A stretch of 24,000 bases of DNA, taken from positions 22,435-46,434 of the forward strand of contig JANRIK010000021.1 in NCBI GenBank assembly GCA_033765085.1, given 5' to 3'. The stretch is from Bryobacter sp. (lineage in GTDB: Bacteria > Acidobacteriota > Terriglobia > Bryobacterales > Bryobacteraceae). The position numbers and the translations under genes are program-made. The stretch's first letter is position 1, and every line of letters starts with the position of its first letter. The notes beneath the pieces are model-generated. The model was given only the letters and a program-made list of their open reading frames with translations, had not been told where the DNA came from and ran no database searches. Positions 1-7,844 of this stretch are shown here, one piece after another.

Positions 1-1723
1 GGTTCCAACGAGGGTTGGCACCAGCGAGTTCGTTGGCGAACTGGCCGTTGAAACGATGCTTCCAAGGTGTTTGGCCATCGGTCCAGAAGGCGCCGAAGCT
101 GTTGCCGACATTGGAGCTTTCAATGTAATTCAGGTTGCCTGCCTTGGCGCGGTTCCACACGTGGGAGTGGCCGGTGTGGACCAGTTGCACACCGTAGCGC
201 TGCAAGAGGGGCTCGATGTCGTTCTTCCAAACATCTTTGTCGAGCGGGTATTCGTAACGGATTTCGCGAATGCGGCGTTCGTTGAGGAGAGGCTGGATGT
301 CGCGTTCCCACTCGGCCAAGCCAATCGGCCAGGTTTTCTTCAGGGATTGAAGCTGGCCATCGGAGCCTTCAAAGAAGATGGTGGCTTCGGGATTAGCCAT
401 CACGGGGACGGCGTTGTCGCCCAGGCCGAACATGGTCTGGTGGCCCATCACGGTCTTGTAGGTCGCGCTGGCGCAGGTGGGATTATTTAGCACGCCTTCG
501 AGCCAGTTGTATTGCTCCGAGCCCTTGTCGTAGTTTTCAAACCACATGTCGCCAAAGCCCCATTCGTCGGGGTTGTTCAGTTCGGCGTTGAACTCGGTGA
601 ACTTGCCGCGCTGGTTGTTGATGTTCCAAGTGCGCCAAACGCGGGAAACGTTCATGGAAATAAGGCACATGTTGCCGACGCGCTTCCACCAATAGCTTTC
701 GCCGCGCGGGCCGTCCTCGGGGTGGTTCCACATTTCAAAGTATTGGGTGTGTTCGAAGGTGTTGTTGCGAATCCAATCGGCTTTGAAAACGGGGTCGTCG
801 TTGGGGTTGAAGCCAGGGAATTGGCGCTTCAGTTGGGCGTAGCGGATTTCGGCATACCAACGAGGTTGGGGGTCGCCATCCATGTGGTCGATATTGGCGG
901 TGACGTCGCGATTATTGAAGCGTAGCGTCTCCGCCGGACGCCAGCGGCCGGGGGTTTCGTGGTTGCCAATGGTGCCATAGATGGGGGCGAATTGGGTTAG
1001 GCGGCCGCCGTTATAGGGGAATTCGGGAAAGATTTCGTTATAGCGGCCCTGGATGGAAGGGAAGAAGGCGGGGCGGGTAGCGGGGAAACGGGGTTGGTTC
1101 GCGTTGCCAGGGTTATTGCGCCAAGCTGGGTCGAAACGATCGAACCATTCGGAGGCGCGGTGGGGATTGTCGACAAAATCGCCCGCGACAAGAATGCCAT
1201 CGAGGGGGCCGAACATTTCTTCTACCTTCTGGTAGTTGGCGGGGGACATCAAGCGGTTCTGCTGGTCGGAGGTAAGCAAGAAACGTCCGCCCCGGTTTTC
1301 ACTGGGAAGAGGTTGGAAGGAGAACGTCGCGCTGCGGATTTCTTCGCCCATGTCGTTGACGCTGGAGACTGCATAGGGCGTACGGACGTCTTTGGGCAGG
1401 CGGGTGATGACGGCCTCGTGGCGGAAGATGGGGCGGAGGGTCAAGGCGGTGGGGTTGGGGCGTTCGAGGATGCGAGAGCCGGGGTCCTCAAACATGCGGG
1501 TCATCTTGTAGGTGGCGGCGCGGGCGCGGTTTTCGAGGTTCGCGCCATACAGGACGAAGTTTTCGCCGTAGCCCCACCATTCGGTGTACCAGACGACCTT
1601 GACAGAGTCGTGAGTGGGGTCTTGGAGGATGGGGTCGGTTAGCAGGATTTTACTGGTGTCGCGTGCCGTGGCAGCCTCGGCTAGGAACAGGACAGAAAGG
1701 GCAATGGAGAGTATGGATCGCAT
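1..1723 (-). CDS. Secreted metallophosphoesterase (calcineurin-like / purple-acid-phosphatase-like); C-terminal end runs off the left edge
   Basis: Absent from the ORF track because no stop lies in the window. My own translation of the reverse strand from ATG (complement of 1721-1723) stays open to position 2. It gives MRSILSIALSVLFLAEAATA (signal peptide), ILQDPTHDSVKVVWYTE (PAP N-terminal-like strand), LVAGDFVDN, GTIGNHE and VHTGHSHVWNR, which are metallophosphoesterase metal-ligand motifs. Plus-strand ORFs 56-490, 512-925 and 1094-1642 are antisense shadows of it. Confidence 0.8.
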   Translation of the reverse strand, partial: MRSILSIALSVLFLAEAATARDTSKILLTDPILQDPTHDSVKVVWYTEWWGYGENFVLYGANLENRARAATYKMTRMFEDPGSRILERPNPTALTLRPIFRHEAVITRLPKDVRTPYAVSSVNDMGEEIRSATFSFQPLPSENRGGRFLLTSDQQNRLMSPANYQKVEEMFGPLDGILVAGDFVDNPHRASEWFDRFDPAWRNNPGNANQPRFPATRPAFFPSIQGRYNEIFPEFPYNGGRLTQFAPIYGTIGNHETPGRWRPAETLRFNNRDVTANIDHMDGDPQPRWYAEIRYAQLKRQFPGFNPNDDPVFKADWIRNNTFEHTQYFEMWNHPEDGPRGESYWWKRVGNMCLISMNVSRVWRTWNINNQRGKFTEFNAELNNPDEWGFGDMWFENYDKGSEQYNWLEGVLNNPTCASATYKTVMGHQTMFGLGDNAVPVMANPEATIFFEGSDGQLQSLKKTWPIGLAEWERDIQPLLNERRIREIRYEYPLDKDVWKNDIEPLLQRYGVQLVHTGHSHVWNRAKAGNLNYIESSNVGNSFGAFWTDGQTPWKHRFNGQFANELAGANPRWN

Positions 1724-1796
1724 ACTTCGAGAGAGATGATGGACGAAAAGCTAAAGATTGTTAATGATGCGTGAAAATATCAATACATCTCGATAT

Positions 1797-1826
1797 TTGA
1801 ATACGATGAATTGCTCTGGATAGAGT
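1797..1826 (+). promoter_or_regulatory. Candidate sigma70-type promoter for the DAAO-like gene (TTGAAT, 18 nt, TAGAGT)
   Basis: Lies in the AT-rich divergent intergenic region 1724-1910. TTGAAT is at 1797-1802 and TAGAGT at 1821-1826. A GAGGAG Shine-Dalgarno sits about 8 nt before ATG 1911. Pattern match only. Confidence 0.25.
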
Positions 1827-1910
1827 CCCTTGATCTGCTAGGGTTGAAAGATTCCCATGGATTCCAAACCCTGTCGTGCGGACAAGATTGTGGATTGAGG
1901 AGAAGCGCAA

Positions 1911-3053
1911 ATGAGAAGAAGGGAAGCCCTTGCGGGAATTTCATCGTTGGCCCTGGGCGGTTGTGCCGTTAGACAGAAGGCAAGCGGGGGATACCCGGGA
2001 GCTCCGCCTCGTTTGGCGCGAGTTGAGGCATCGATGGATAGGGTATTCCGGATAACGGTTTGCTCCCGTCCATTCCGAGCTGCGGGGCCGCGGTTGGATA
2101 CCGAAAAGGTGGGCGACAAGCTGGTCGTTCACAACTATGGTCACGGTGGAAGCGGGTGGTCCTTATCTTGGGGATCGAGCGAACTCGCGGCCGAAAAGGC
2201 GGTATCTACGGGAGAACGAGAAATCGCCGTTCTGGGCTGCGGGGCGCTGGGCATCACTTCGGCGATTTTGTTGCAAAGGATGGGCGCAAGGGTAACGATT
2301 TACGCCAAGGAACGGCCGCCAGAGGTGCGCTCGGCACGCGCGACGGGGTCGTGGACGCCCTCGTCGCGGATCGCATTGGCCAGCAAGGTAAGCCCGGGTT
2401 TTGCTTCACTTTGGGAGCGGATGGCGAGGTCTTCGTTCGCAATGTACCAGAGCTATTTGGGCTTGGCGGGTAATCCGGTCGAATGGACCGACCGCTACTT
2501 CATTTCCGGTCCGCAACGAAGCAGGGAAGTCAGGAAAGAAGCCGGCGAGGAATTGGACTTTGTGCGCTATATGGATCGCATCGCGGACACGAATCCGCGG
2601 GGCGTGGCGCTGGCCCCTGGCCAGCATCCCTTTCCCGCGGAACGGGTGAGCAAGACTGTGAGCCTGACGTTCAACGTGGCCAGCTACTCGCGCCAACTGG
2701 TGAACGACTTCTTGATCGAGGGGGGAACGATCGAGCGGCGGGAATTCCGCACGCCGGGGGAACTGGCGAGCCTGCCCGAAAAGACCATCGTCAATGCGAC
2801 TGGATATGGAGCTCGATCGCTCTTCGGCGATGAAAGCCTCGTGCCGGTTCGTGGGCAAATCACTTGGCTTATCCCGCAGCCGGAGATTAACTACGGCGTC
2901 ATTTACAAGGGCGTATTGATGTTGGGGCGGCGGGACGGAATCGTGGTGCAGTCGATCGGTTCCGGAGAGATGGAAGGGTACAACGACCCGAGCGAGACGC
3001 CGGACCGTGCTGAGGCTGAGAGTGCGGTCAAGACCGTGGCGGAGTTGTTTTAG
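1911..3053 (+). CDS. Exported FAD-dependent oxidoreductase, D-amino-acid oxidase (DAO) family, with apparently permuted segment order
   Basis: 380-aa ORF. The N-terminus MRRREALAGISSLALGGCAV has an RRR n-region, a hydrophobic core and LGGC (Tat-like / lipobox-like). VVHNYGHGGSGWSLSWG is at aa 72-88 (HNYGHGG core at nt 2130-2150). The dinucleotide-binding IAVLGCGALGITSA...VTIYAKE follows at aa 104-133. NATGYGA and PVRGQI (about nt 2844-2858) lie near the C-terminus. Confidence 0.85.
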   Translation: MRRREALAGISSLALGGCAVRQKASGGYPGAPPRLARVEASMDRVFRITVCSRPFRAAGPRLDTEKVGDKLVVHNYGHGGSGWSLSWGSSELAAEKAVSTGEREIAVLGCGALGITSAILLQRMGARVTIYAKERPPEVRSARATGSWTPSSRIALASKVSPGFASLWERMARSSFAMYQSYLGLAGNPVEWTDRYFISGPQRSREVRKEAGEELDFVRYMDRIADTNPRGVALAPGQHPFPAERVSKTVSLTFNVASYSRQLVNDFLIEGGTIERREFRTPGELASLPEKTIVNATGYGARSLFGDESLVPVRGQITWLIPQPEINYGVIYKGVLMLGRRDGIVVQSIGSGEMEGYNDPSETPDRAEAESAVKTVAELF

Positions 3054-3619
3054 AGCGGAAATTCCAGCGTAGCGGTACCGGCAGGGCCTTCGTAGATCAA
3101 TTCCACGCTCTGGATGCCTTCGCCCTTGCCGCGGTACGGGAAGAAGATTAGGCCCGCGACCGGCAGGGTGCGCTCGCCTTCGGGCAACACACGCTTTTGT
3201 ACCTTCAGCTCCATTTCCCGGCGCAAGGGGAAAGGCATCTTGGGTTCCTGTGGCGGAGGGTCGCCCGGTTGCCGCTTGTTTTTATCGTCTTCTACCTTGG
3301 GCGGGATCCATTCGGGGTCGCTCAAGCCTCGGAGGGCCGCGCCGTAGGGCTGCGCGAGGATCGGCATCTTCTTACCGTTGATGCGCACCGAAAATTGGCC
3401 AAAGGCGATGTTGGTCTTCTGCCCGTAGATTGCAAGTTCCACCACCACATGGCTGTCGCTCTTAAAAGTCCCATCGAGGGTGGGCACGGAATGGAAAAGG
3501 AAATCTGCCGCCAAGGTGATGTCGCCCGCCTTGGCCTTGACCATATAGTCATCTGGCGAACTGCGGGGGTCGGTTTGCGCCATCAGGGCGCTCGCAAGCA
3601 AGAGCGTGGTCCACTTCAT
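3050..3619 (-). CDS. Hypothetical secreted protein (signal peptide, Pro-rich linker)
   Basis: 189-aa ORF. It starts MKWTTLLLASALMAQT (signal peptide) and has a central KRQPGDPPPQEPKMPFP linker. It lies 33 nt downstream of the HtrA-like gene on the same strand. I recognise no family. Confidence 0.65.
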   Translation of the reverse strand: MKWTTLLLASALMAQTDPRSSPDDYMVKAKAGDITLAADFLFHSVPTLDGTFKSDSHVVVELAIYGQKTNIAFGQFSVRINGKKMPILAQPYGAALRGLSDPEWIPPKVEDDKNKRQPGDPPPQEPKMPFPLRREMELKVQKRVLPEGERTLPVAGLIFFPYRGKGEGIQSVELIYEGPAGTATLEFPL

Positions 3620-3652
3620 CTCACGCCCAACGTAGCACAGCGGGGGTTGGGC

Positions 3653-4822
3653 TTAGAGGCGGTCTTCCGTCGCGGCCTGCAGGCGCGCCGTGACTTTGAG
3701 CTTTTGCTTCCCGCGCAGCACTTCGATGGCGACGGGGTCGCCGCCGCGCTTGCCGCGAAGGGCACGGGGGATGGAGTTGCCATCTTCGGCGCGGAGGCCG
3801 TTGATGGTGGTGATTAAGTCGCCGCCAATGGGCACTTCGTAGCCGCCAATGATGACGACGCGGTTCCCGCCCCGGATGCCGGCTTCGGCGGCGGCGGAAC
3901 CACGGTTCACCCGCAGCACCAGCAAGCCGCCCTCAGCGGGATAACCAAGCTCTTCGGCCAGGTCCCCGGCAATGGGCAGAACGCTTACGCCGAGGATGGG
4001 CGGGGCGTACTTGCGGCCGCTGGAAAAGGCGTCGACCAGTTCGCGGGCGCGGTTGATGGGCATAGCGAAGCCGATGCCGATGGAGCCTTGGGCGCCGAAG
4101 ATGGCCGTGTTGATGCCGATAACGTTGCCCTGAGAATCCAGCAGCGGGCCGCCGGAATTGCCGGGGTTGATGGAGGCGTCGGTTTGGATCATGCCTTCCA
4201 ACTCGCGGCCGCGTTCGTCGCTGATGGTGCGGGACAGGGAGCTAATGATGCCGGTGGTGAGCGTGCCTTCCAGGCCAAAGGGGTTGCCAATGGCGAGGAC
4301 TTTTTGGCCGATTTGGACCTTGTCGGAATCCCCGAGGCGGAGGAAGGGAATCTTCATGTCGGGCTTCGAGTCGATCTGGATGAGGGCGAGGTCGTTGGAG
4401 GGGTCTTTGTCGAGCAGGCGGGCCTTGAAGTTCTTCTTGTCGGCAGTCGTGATGGTGATTTGCTCGCTGCCGCTGACGACGTGAAAGTTGGTAAGGATTT
4501 GTCCCTGTTGGTTGATGAAAAAGCCGGAGCCCGTGCTTTGGGCCGGGTAAAGCTGCATGAACCAGTTTTGGCGGAGCGTGGTGGAGGTGATGAAGACCGT
4601 GGCGGGATGGGCGTTTTTGTAAACCTCGACGTTGTTGTTTTCGTCGGAGGAAAGGCCGGCGCCTTGGGTAGTGGAAGGGCCGGACCACAGCGGGCCGGCG
4701 GGAGTGGAAGCAGAATCCGCGCGGCGGAAAAGGCCCGCGAGGTCCCACTTGGCAATGGAGGTGGCGTAAACAAAACCTGCCGCAAGCAGGGCGGCGAGGG
4801 AAAGAGTGCGAAGGAATTTCAT
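3653..4822 (-). CDS. S1C (HtrA/DegP-type) trypsin-like serine protease with C-terminal PDZ domain
   Basis: 389 aa with an N-terminal signal/anchor MKFLRTLSLAALLAAGFVYA. The catalytic triad contexts are TNFHVV (His), NDLALIQI (Asp) and GNSGGPLLD (Ser). The C-terminal PDZ-like segment is GGLLVLRVNRGSAAAEAGIRGG...GDLITTING. Its ATG overlaps the coaE TGA (ATGA, 4819-4822). Confidence 0.9.
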   Translation of the reverse strand: MKFLRTLSLAALLAAGFVYATSIAKWDLAGLFRRADSASTPAGPLWSGPSTTQGAGLSSDENNNVEVYKNAHPATVFITSTTLRQNWFMQLYPAQSTGSGFFINQQGQILTNFHVVSGSEQITITTADKKNFKARLLDKDPSNDLALIQIDSKPDMKIPFLRLGDSDKVQIGQKVLAIGNPFGLEGTLTTGIISSLSRTISDERGRELEGMIQTDASINPGNSGGPLLDSQGNVIGINTAIFGAQGSIGIGFAMPINRARELVDAFSSGRKYAPPILGVSVLPIAGDLAEELGYPAEGGLLVLRVNRGSAAAEAGIRGGNRVVIIGGYEVPIGGDLITTINGLRAEDGNSIPRALRGKRGGDPVAIEVLRGKQKLKVTARLQAATEDRL

Positions 4823-5439
4823 GAGGGGCGGCGCTCCTTTTCTAAGCTAAGCAGATTTTCGTGGACGGCGTGGGCTTGGGAGATAGTGTCGGCGAGAGAG
4901 CCCGAAGTATCTATGACGAAGCGGGCGTAATTTCGTTTTTCCGAAGCGGACATTTGGCGGGCGAGACGGCGCTGGACGTCGGCGAGGGTTGCGTTGCCGC
5001 GAGCGAGGGCACGCTGGATTTGGAGCGGCTCCGGGCACCAGGTGACAACCAGCGTGTCAAAGCTGCGGTAGTTGCCGGTCTCAATCAAAATAGCGGCTTC
5101 CACCACGGCGACGGCGTGGGGTTGGGTTTGGGCGATGGTGGTGAACCAATCCTGTTCGTATTGGAAGACGAGAGGATGGATGATTTCGTTCAAAGCACTT
5201 AGCTCGGCGGGTTGGGAAAAGACCAGAGCACCCAGAGCGCGGCGATCAATTTCGCCGTCGGGCGCGAGAATGCCTTCGCCGAAACGGGCAAGGACCGGGG
5301 CGAAGGCAGGTTGGCCCCGGCGAAGGAGTTGGTGGCCGAGTTCATCGGCTTTGAGCAAGGGAGAGCCAAGCGAAGCGAAGACTTCGGCCACCACACTTTT
5401 GCCGGTGGCGAGGCCGCCCGTAAGGCCAACGCGGAGCAT
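4819..5439 (-). CDS. coaE: Dephospho-CoA kinase
   Basis: 206 aa. It has the P-loop MLRVGLTGGLATGKS, then IIHPLV, AILIETG, and a typical CoaE length and layout. Confidence 0.9.
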   Translation of the reverse strand: MLRVGLTGGLATGKSVVAEVFASLGSPLLKADELGHQLLRRGQPAFAPVLARFGEGILAPDGEIDRRALGALVFSQPAELSALNEIIHPLVFQYEQDWFTTIAQTQPHAVAVVEAAILIETGNYRSFDTLVVTWCPEPLQIQRALARGNATLADVQRRLARQMSASEKRNYARFVIDTSGSLADTISQAHAVHENLLSLEKERRPS

Positions 5440-5445
5440 GGACGG

Positions 5446-6294
5446 TTAAGCTTTCGTCAGCCGTTCGGCCGCAAGAACAGTGTTCGACATCAGCATGGCG
5501 ATGGTCAGCGGGCCAACGCCGCCGGGGACCGGAGTGTAGGCTTCGGCCAGGCGATCCATGGCGGCGGGGTCAACGTCGCCGGTAAGCTTGCCGTCCAAGC
5601 GGTTCATGCCCACGTCGATGACGATGGCGCCGGGGCGGATATGAGCATCGCCCAGCATCTGGGCGCGGCCAATGGCGGCGACAAGAATGTCCGCGCGGCG
5701 GCAATGTTCGGGGAGGTCAACGGTTTTGCTGTGGCAGATGGTGACCGTGGCGTGGGCATGGAGCAGAAGCAGCGCCATCGGCTTGCCAACTATACTGCTG
5801 CGGCCCACGATAACGGCATGGCGCCCGGCCAAGGGGACATCGTAGCGGCGCAGGAGTTCCATCACGCCAGAGGGAGTGCAGGGCCGCATCCCGTGGGCGT
5901 TCTCCAGCAGCAGGCCACCGTTGATGGGGTGGAAGCCGTCCACGTCCTTATTCGGGTTGATAGCGTTCAGCACGCGCGCGGCGTCGATTTGGGGCGGCAG
6001 GGGAAGTTGGACGAGGATACCGTGAACGGCGGGGTCAGCGTTGAGGCTTTCGACGAGGGCAAGCAGATCTGCGGTGCTGAGGTCGGCGGGAGGGCTAAGC
6101 TTGCGGCTGTGGATGCCAAGCTTTTCGCAGGCTTGGATCTTGTTTTTGACATACACGTGGGAGGCGGGGTTGTCGCCAATCAACACGACAGCAAGCGTGG
6201 GCGGGTGCCCGGTGGAGAGGAGGGCGTCAACGCGAGGTTGGAGTTCCGACAGGATTTGATCGCGGATTAGTTTGCCGTCGAGGATGCGTCCCAA
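5446..6294 (-). CDS. folD: Bifunctional 5,10-methylene-tetrahydrofolate dehydrogenase / methenyl-THF cyclohydrolase
   Basis: The C-terminal 282 aa of track ORF 5446-6984 read GRILDGKLIRDQI...LAVVLIGDNPASHVYVKNK...GILVQLPLP...DVDGFHP...VIVGRSSIVGKPMALLL...PVPGGVGPLTIAML, which is canonical FolD. The upstream 229 aa of that ORF are Arg/Pro-rich and overlap the permease in another frame. I place the start at in-frame TTG (complement of 6292-6294), giving MGRILDGK. The start codon is uncertain. Confidence 0.88.
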   Translation of the reverse strand: MGRILDGKLIRDQILSELQPRVDALLSTGHPPTLAVVLIGDNPASHVYVKNKIQACEKLGIHSRKLSPPADLSTADLLALVESLNADPAVHGILVQLPLPPQIDAARVLNAINPNKDVDGFHPINGGLLLENAHGMRPCTPSGVMELLRRYDVPLAGRHAVIVGRSSIVGKPMALLLLHAHATVTICHSKTVDLPEHCRRADILVAAIGRAQMLGDAHIRPGAIVIDVGMNRLDGKLTGDVDPAAMDRLAEAYTPVPGGVGPLTIAMLMSNTVLAAERLTKA

Positions 6295-7673
6295 GGAGTT
6301 TCTGCCTTTCTGGATTGGAGTTGGTGGCGGTAATAGAGTGCGCCGGCGGCGATAAGGGCCGTGGCGGTGAAAGAAATGCGCGGTTCGAGGGTAAAGCCGA
6401 AGAGGGTCATCCAAGCGCCGGTAAGGATAAAGATACCCGGAAGAAGGGGCCAAGTTTTGGTGAGCAAGGGAAGCTTGCGCCAACCCGGACGGCGGCGGAA
6501 GCGGAAGAGGGCGACCACGCTCAGCATAGAGAAGAAATTGAGCGTAAAACCGATGAAGAAAAAGAGGCTGGGAAGGCTGGTGAAAGTAAGGGCCATGCTC
6601 ACCAGGGCGAGCAACAGAAGGGCAGGGACGGGCGCGCGCCACTGGGGATCCACTTGGGCGGCGGCGGGAAAGAAGGCGCCGTTGCGGGCCATCGCGTAAA
6701 CCACGCGGGGGCCGACGGTGATCATGGCATTCAGCGTGCCGAGCAGGATCATCGCCATGAGGATACTGAAAGCGCTGGCCATTTGGGGGCCAAAAAGGCG
6801 CGCGCTGGCCAGGGCGCCAACGGCGGTAAAGCCTTTCATCACGCCCAGAGGGACGGCGTAGAGGAAGACCGCGTTGAGGGAAAGATAGAGGGCGGTGACG
6901 ATGGCGGTGCCGGCCAGCAGTGCCTTGGGAACGTTGCGCGCGGGGTCGGCAATTTCTTCGGCAATGTAGGTGGCCGCGTTCCAACCCGAATAGCTGACGT
7001 AGACGAAATAAAGGCTAACGGCGAATTGGGCAGGCAAGGGGGTGGTGCCTTCGCGAAAGGTAGAGAGGGAAAAATTGGCAAGGTTGCCATTACCAGCGAC
7101 AATGGCGAAAAACAGGAAGAGCAGCAGCACGCCGAGCTTGAGCCCAGTGAGGATTTGTTGCAAGCGCGTGGCGCGCTGCACGCCATAAAGGTTGGCCACC
7201 GTAAGCGCCCCGATGATGCCGCAGGCCAGGATTTGCGCGCCGCCCAAATGGAGCGAGAAAAGGCCGGTGCCGCTATTCCAAAGCGCGCTTTCCGGGCGAA
7301 AGGCCGGGAAAAAAGTGCCAAGGTATTCGGCGAAGGCCAGAGCGGCCGCGGCGACCGGAGCCGCAAAGCCGGCCAGGAAGGAAGTCCATCCCGTCATAAA
7401 GCCCCAAACGGGCCCGTAGGCGTGATGGAGGTAAACATATTCACCACCGGAGGCGGGAAAGTTCATGCCCAGTTCGCTATAGCAAAGAGCACCGATCAAG
7501 GCCAACAATCCGCCCACCACCCAAATGGCAAGAAAAAGGATGGGTTCGCCGAGGTCCCGTGCGAGGTAGCCGGAACTGGTCAGGATGCCGACGCCGACGC
7601 TATTGGAGATGACCAGCGAGATGGCTCCGCCGAGATGGATGCGGCGGAGCAGGGCGGGCCCGGTTGCGGTCAC
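6267..7673 (-). CDS. APC-superfamily amino-acid permease
   Basis: 468 aa with about 12 hydrophobic segments. The N-terminal LRRIHLGGAISLVISNSVGVGILTSSGY is typical of amino-acid/polyamine permeases. It has a GTG start, and its 3' end overlaps the proposed folD start by 28 nt. Confidence 0.85.
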   Translation of the reverse strand: MTATGPALLRRIHLGGAISLVISNSVGVGILTSSGYLARDLGEPILFLAIWVVGGLLALIGALCYSELGMNFPASGGEYVYLHHAYGPVWGFMTGWTSFLAGFAAPVAAAALAFAEYLGTFFPAFRPESALWNSGTGLFSLHLGGAQILACGIIGALTVANLYGVQRATRLQQILTGLKLGVLLLFLFFAIVAGNGNLANFSLSTFREGTTPLPAQFAVSLYFVYVSYSGWNAATYIAEEIADPARNVPKALLAGTAIVTALYLSLNAVFLYAVPLGVMKGFTAVGALASARLFGPQMASAFSILMAMILLGTLNAMITVGPRVVYAMARNGAFFPAAAQVDPQWRAPVPALLLLALVSMALTFTSLPSLFFFIGFTLNFFSMLSVVALFRFRRRPGWRKLPLLTKTWPLLPGIFILTGAWMTLFGFTLEPRISFTATALIAAGALYYRHQLQSRKAETPWDASSTAN

Positions 7674-7711
7674 TCTCTCAGGATAGGGGATTTAGCGAAG
7701 GCGAAGAGTCC

Positions 7712-7753
7712 AAACAAAAAAAGAGGCCGGCGGAAACGGTTCGTCCACCGGCC
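7712..7753 (-). terminator. Rho-independent terminator (minus strand)
   Basis: Read on the minus strand: GGCCGGTGG (7753-7745), an 11-nt loop, CCGCCGGCC (7733-7725), then CTCTTTTTTTGTTT (plus-strand A-run at 7716-7722). The stem is 9 bp, 8 Watson-Crick pairs plus one G-U pair, followed by a T-tract. Confidence 0.7.
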
Positions 7754-7815
7754 TATCTGCTTCTGACCTGGGGAAAGATCAGAGGAACTCACAAAATAGG
7801 AAACCAGTGCATAAA

Positions 7816-7844
7816 ACACTAGTGCGAAATGCAATGTTATGCAA
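7816..7844 (-). promoter_or_regulatory. Candidate sigma70-type promoter on the minus strand (TTGCAT, 17 nt, TAGTGT)
   Basis: The minus-strand sequence is TTGCAT (7844-7839), a 17-nt spacer, then TAGTGT (7821-7816). It lies inside the AT-rich spacer, about 95 nt upstream of the terminator at 7712-7753. Pattern match only. Confidence 0.3.

Noticed and set aside
56-1642. Three plus-strand ORFs (56-490, 512-925, 1094-1642)
   Set aside because: They are antisense shadows of the minus-strand metallophosphoesterase, which reads open across the whole region with clear GDxxDN, GNHE and GHSH motifs.
1838-1872. Imperfect palindrome GGGTTGAAAGATTCCCATGGATTCCAAACCC upstream of the DAAO-like gene
   Set aside because: Only GGGTT/AACCC and a few inner pairs match, and the inner part is really a direct GATTCC repeat around CCATGG. 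This is too weak to call an operator or a structured RNA.
1911-3053. Whether this FAD enzyme is the missing HpnE
   Set aside because: Its motifs (HNYGHGG, PVRGQ) place it in the DAAO family, not the amine-oxidase/phytoene-desaturase-like family. It carries an export signal, whereas squalene synthesis is cytoplasmic. It also lies in an unrelated transcription unit about 8 kb upstream of the hopanoid operon (about 17.6 kb from hpnC).
4088-4930. 280-aa plus-strand ORF, plus the overlapping minus-strand ORFs 4242-4748 and 4354-4785
   Set aside because: These are alternative frames and the antisense strand of the HtrA-like protease gene. Their composition is low-complexity Gly/Ala/Arg or Pro/Arg.
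5212-6270. 352-aa plus-strand ORF
   Set aside because: It is antisense to coaE and folD, both of which have unmistakable family motifs. Its composition is Gly/Ala/Arg-rich with no recognisable domain.
6295-6984. N-terminal 229-aa extension of the folD ORF (track ORF 5446-6984)
   Set aside because: It is Arg/Pro-rich nonsense that overlaps the permease coding region in another frame. FolD homology begins at GRILDGK, so the start was moved to TTG 6294.
6315-7766. 483-aa plus-strand ORF
   Set aside because: It is entirely antisense to the well-supported APC permease. Its sequence is Gly/Arg/Glu/Ala-rich and low-complexity with no motifs. This is a typical shadow ORF of a GC-rich gene.
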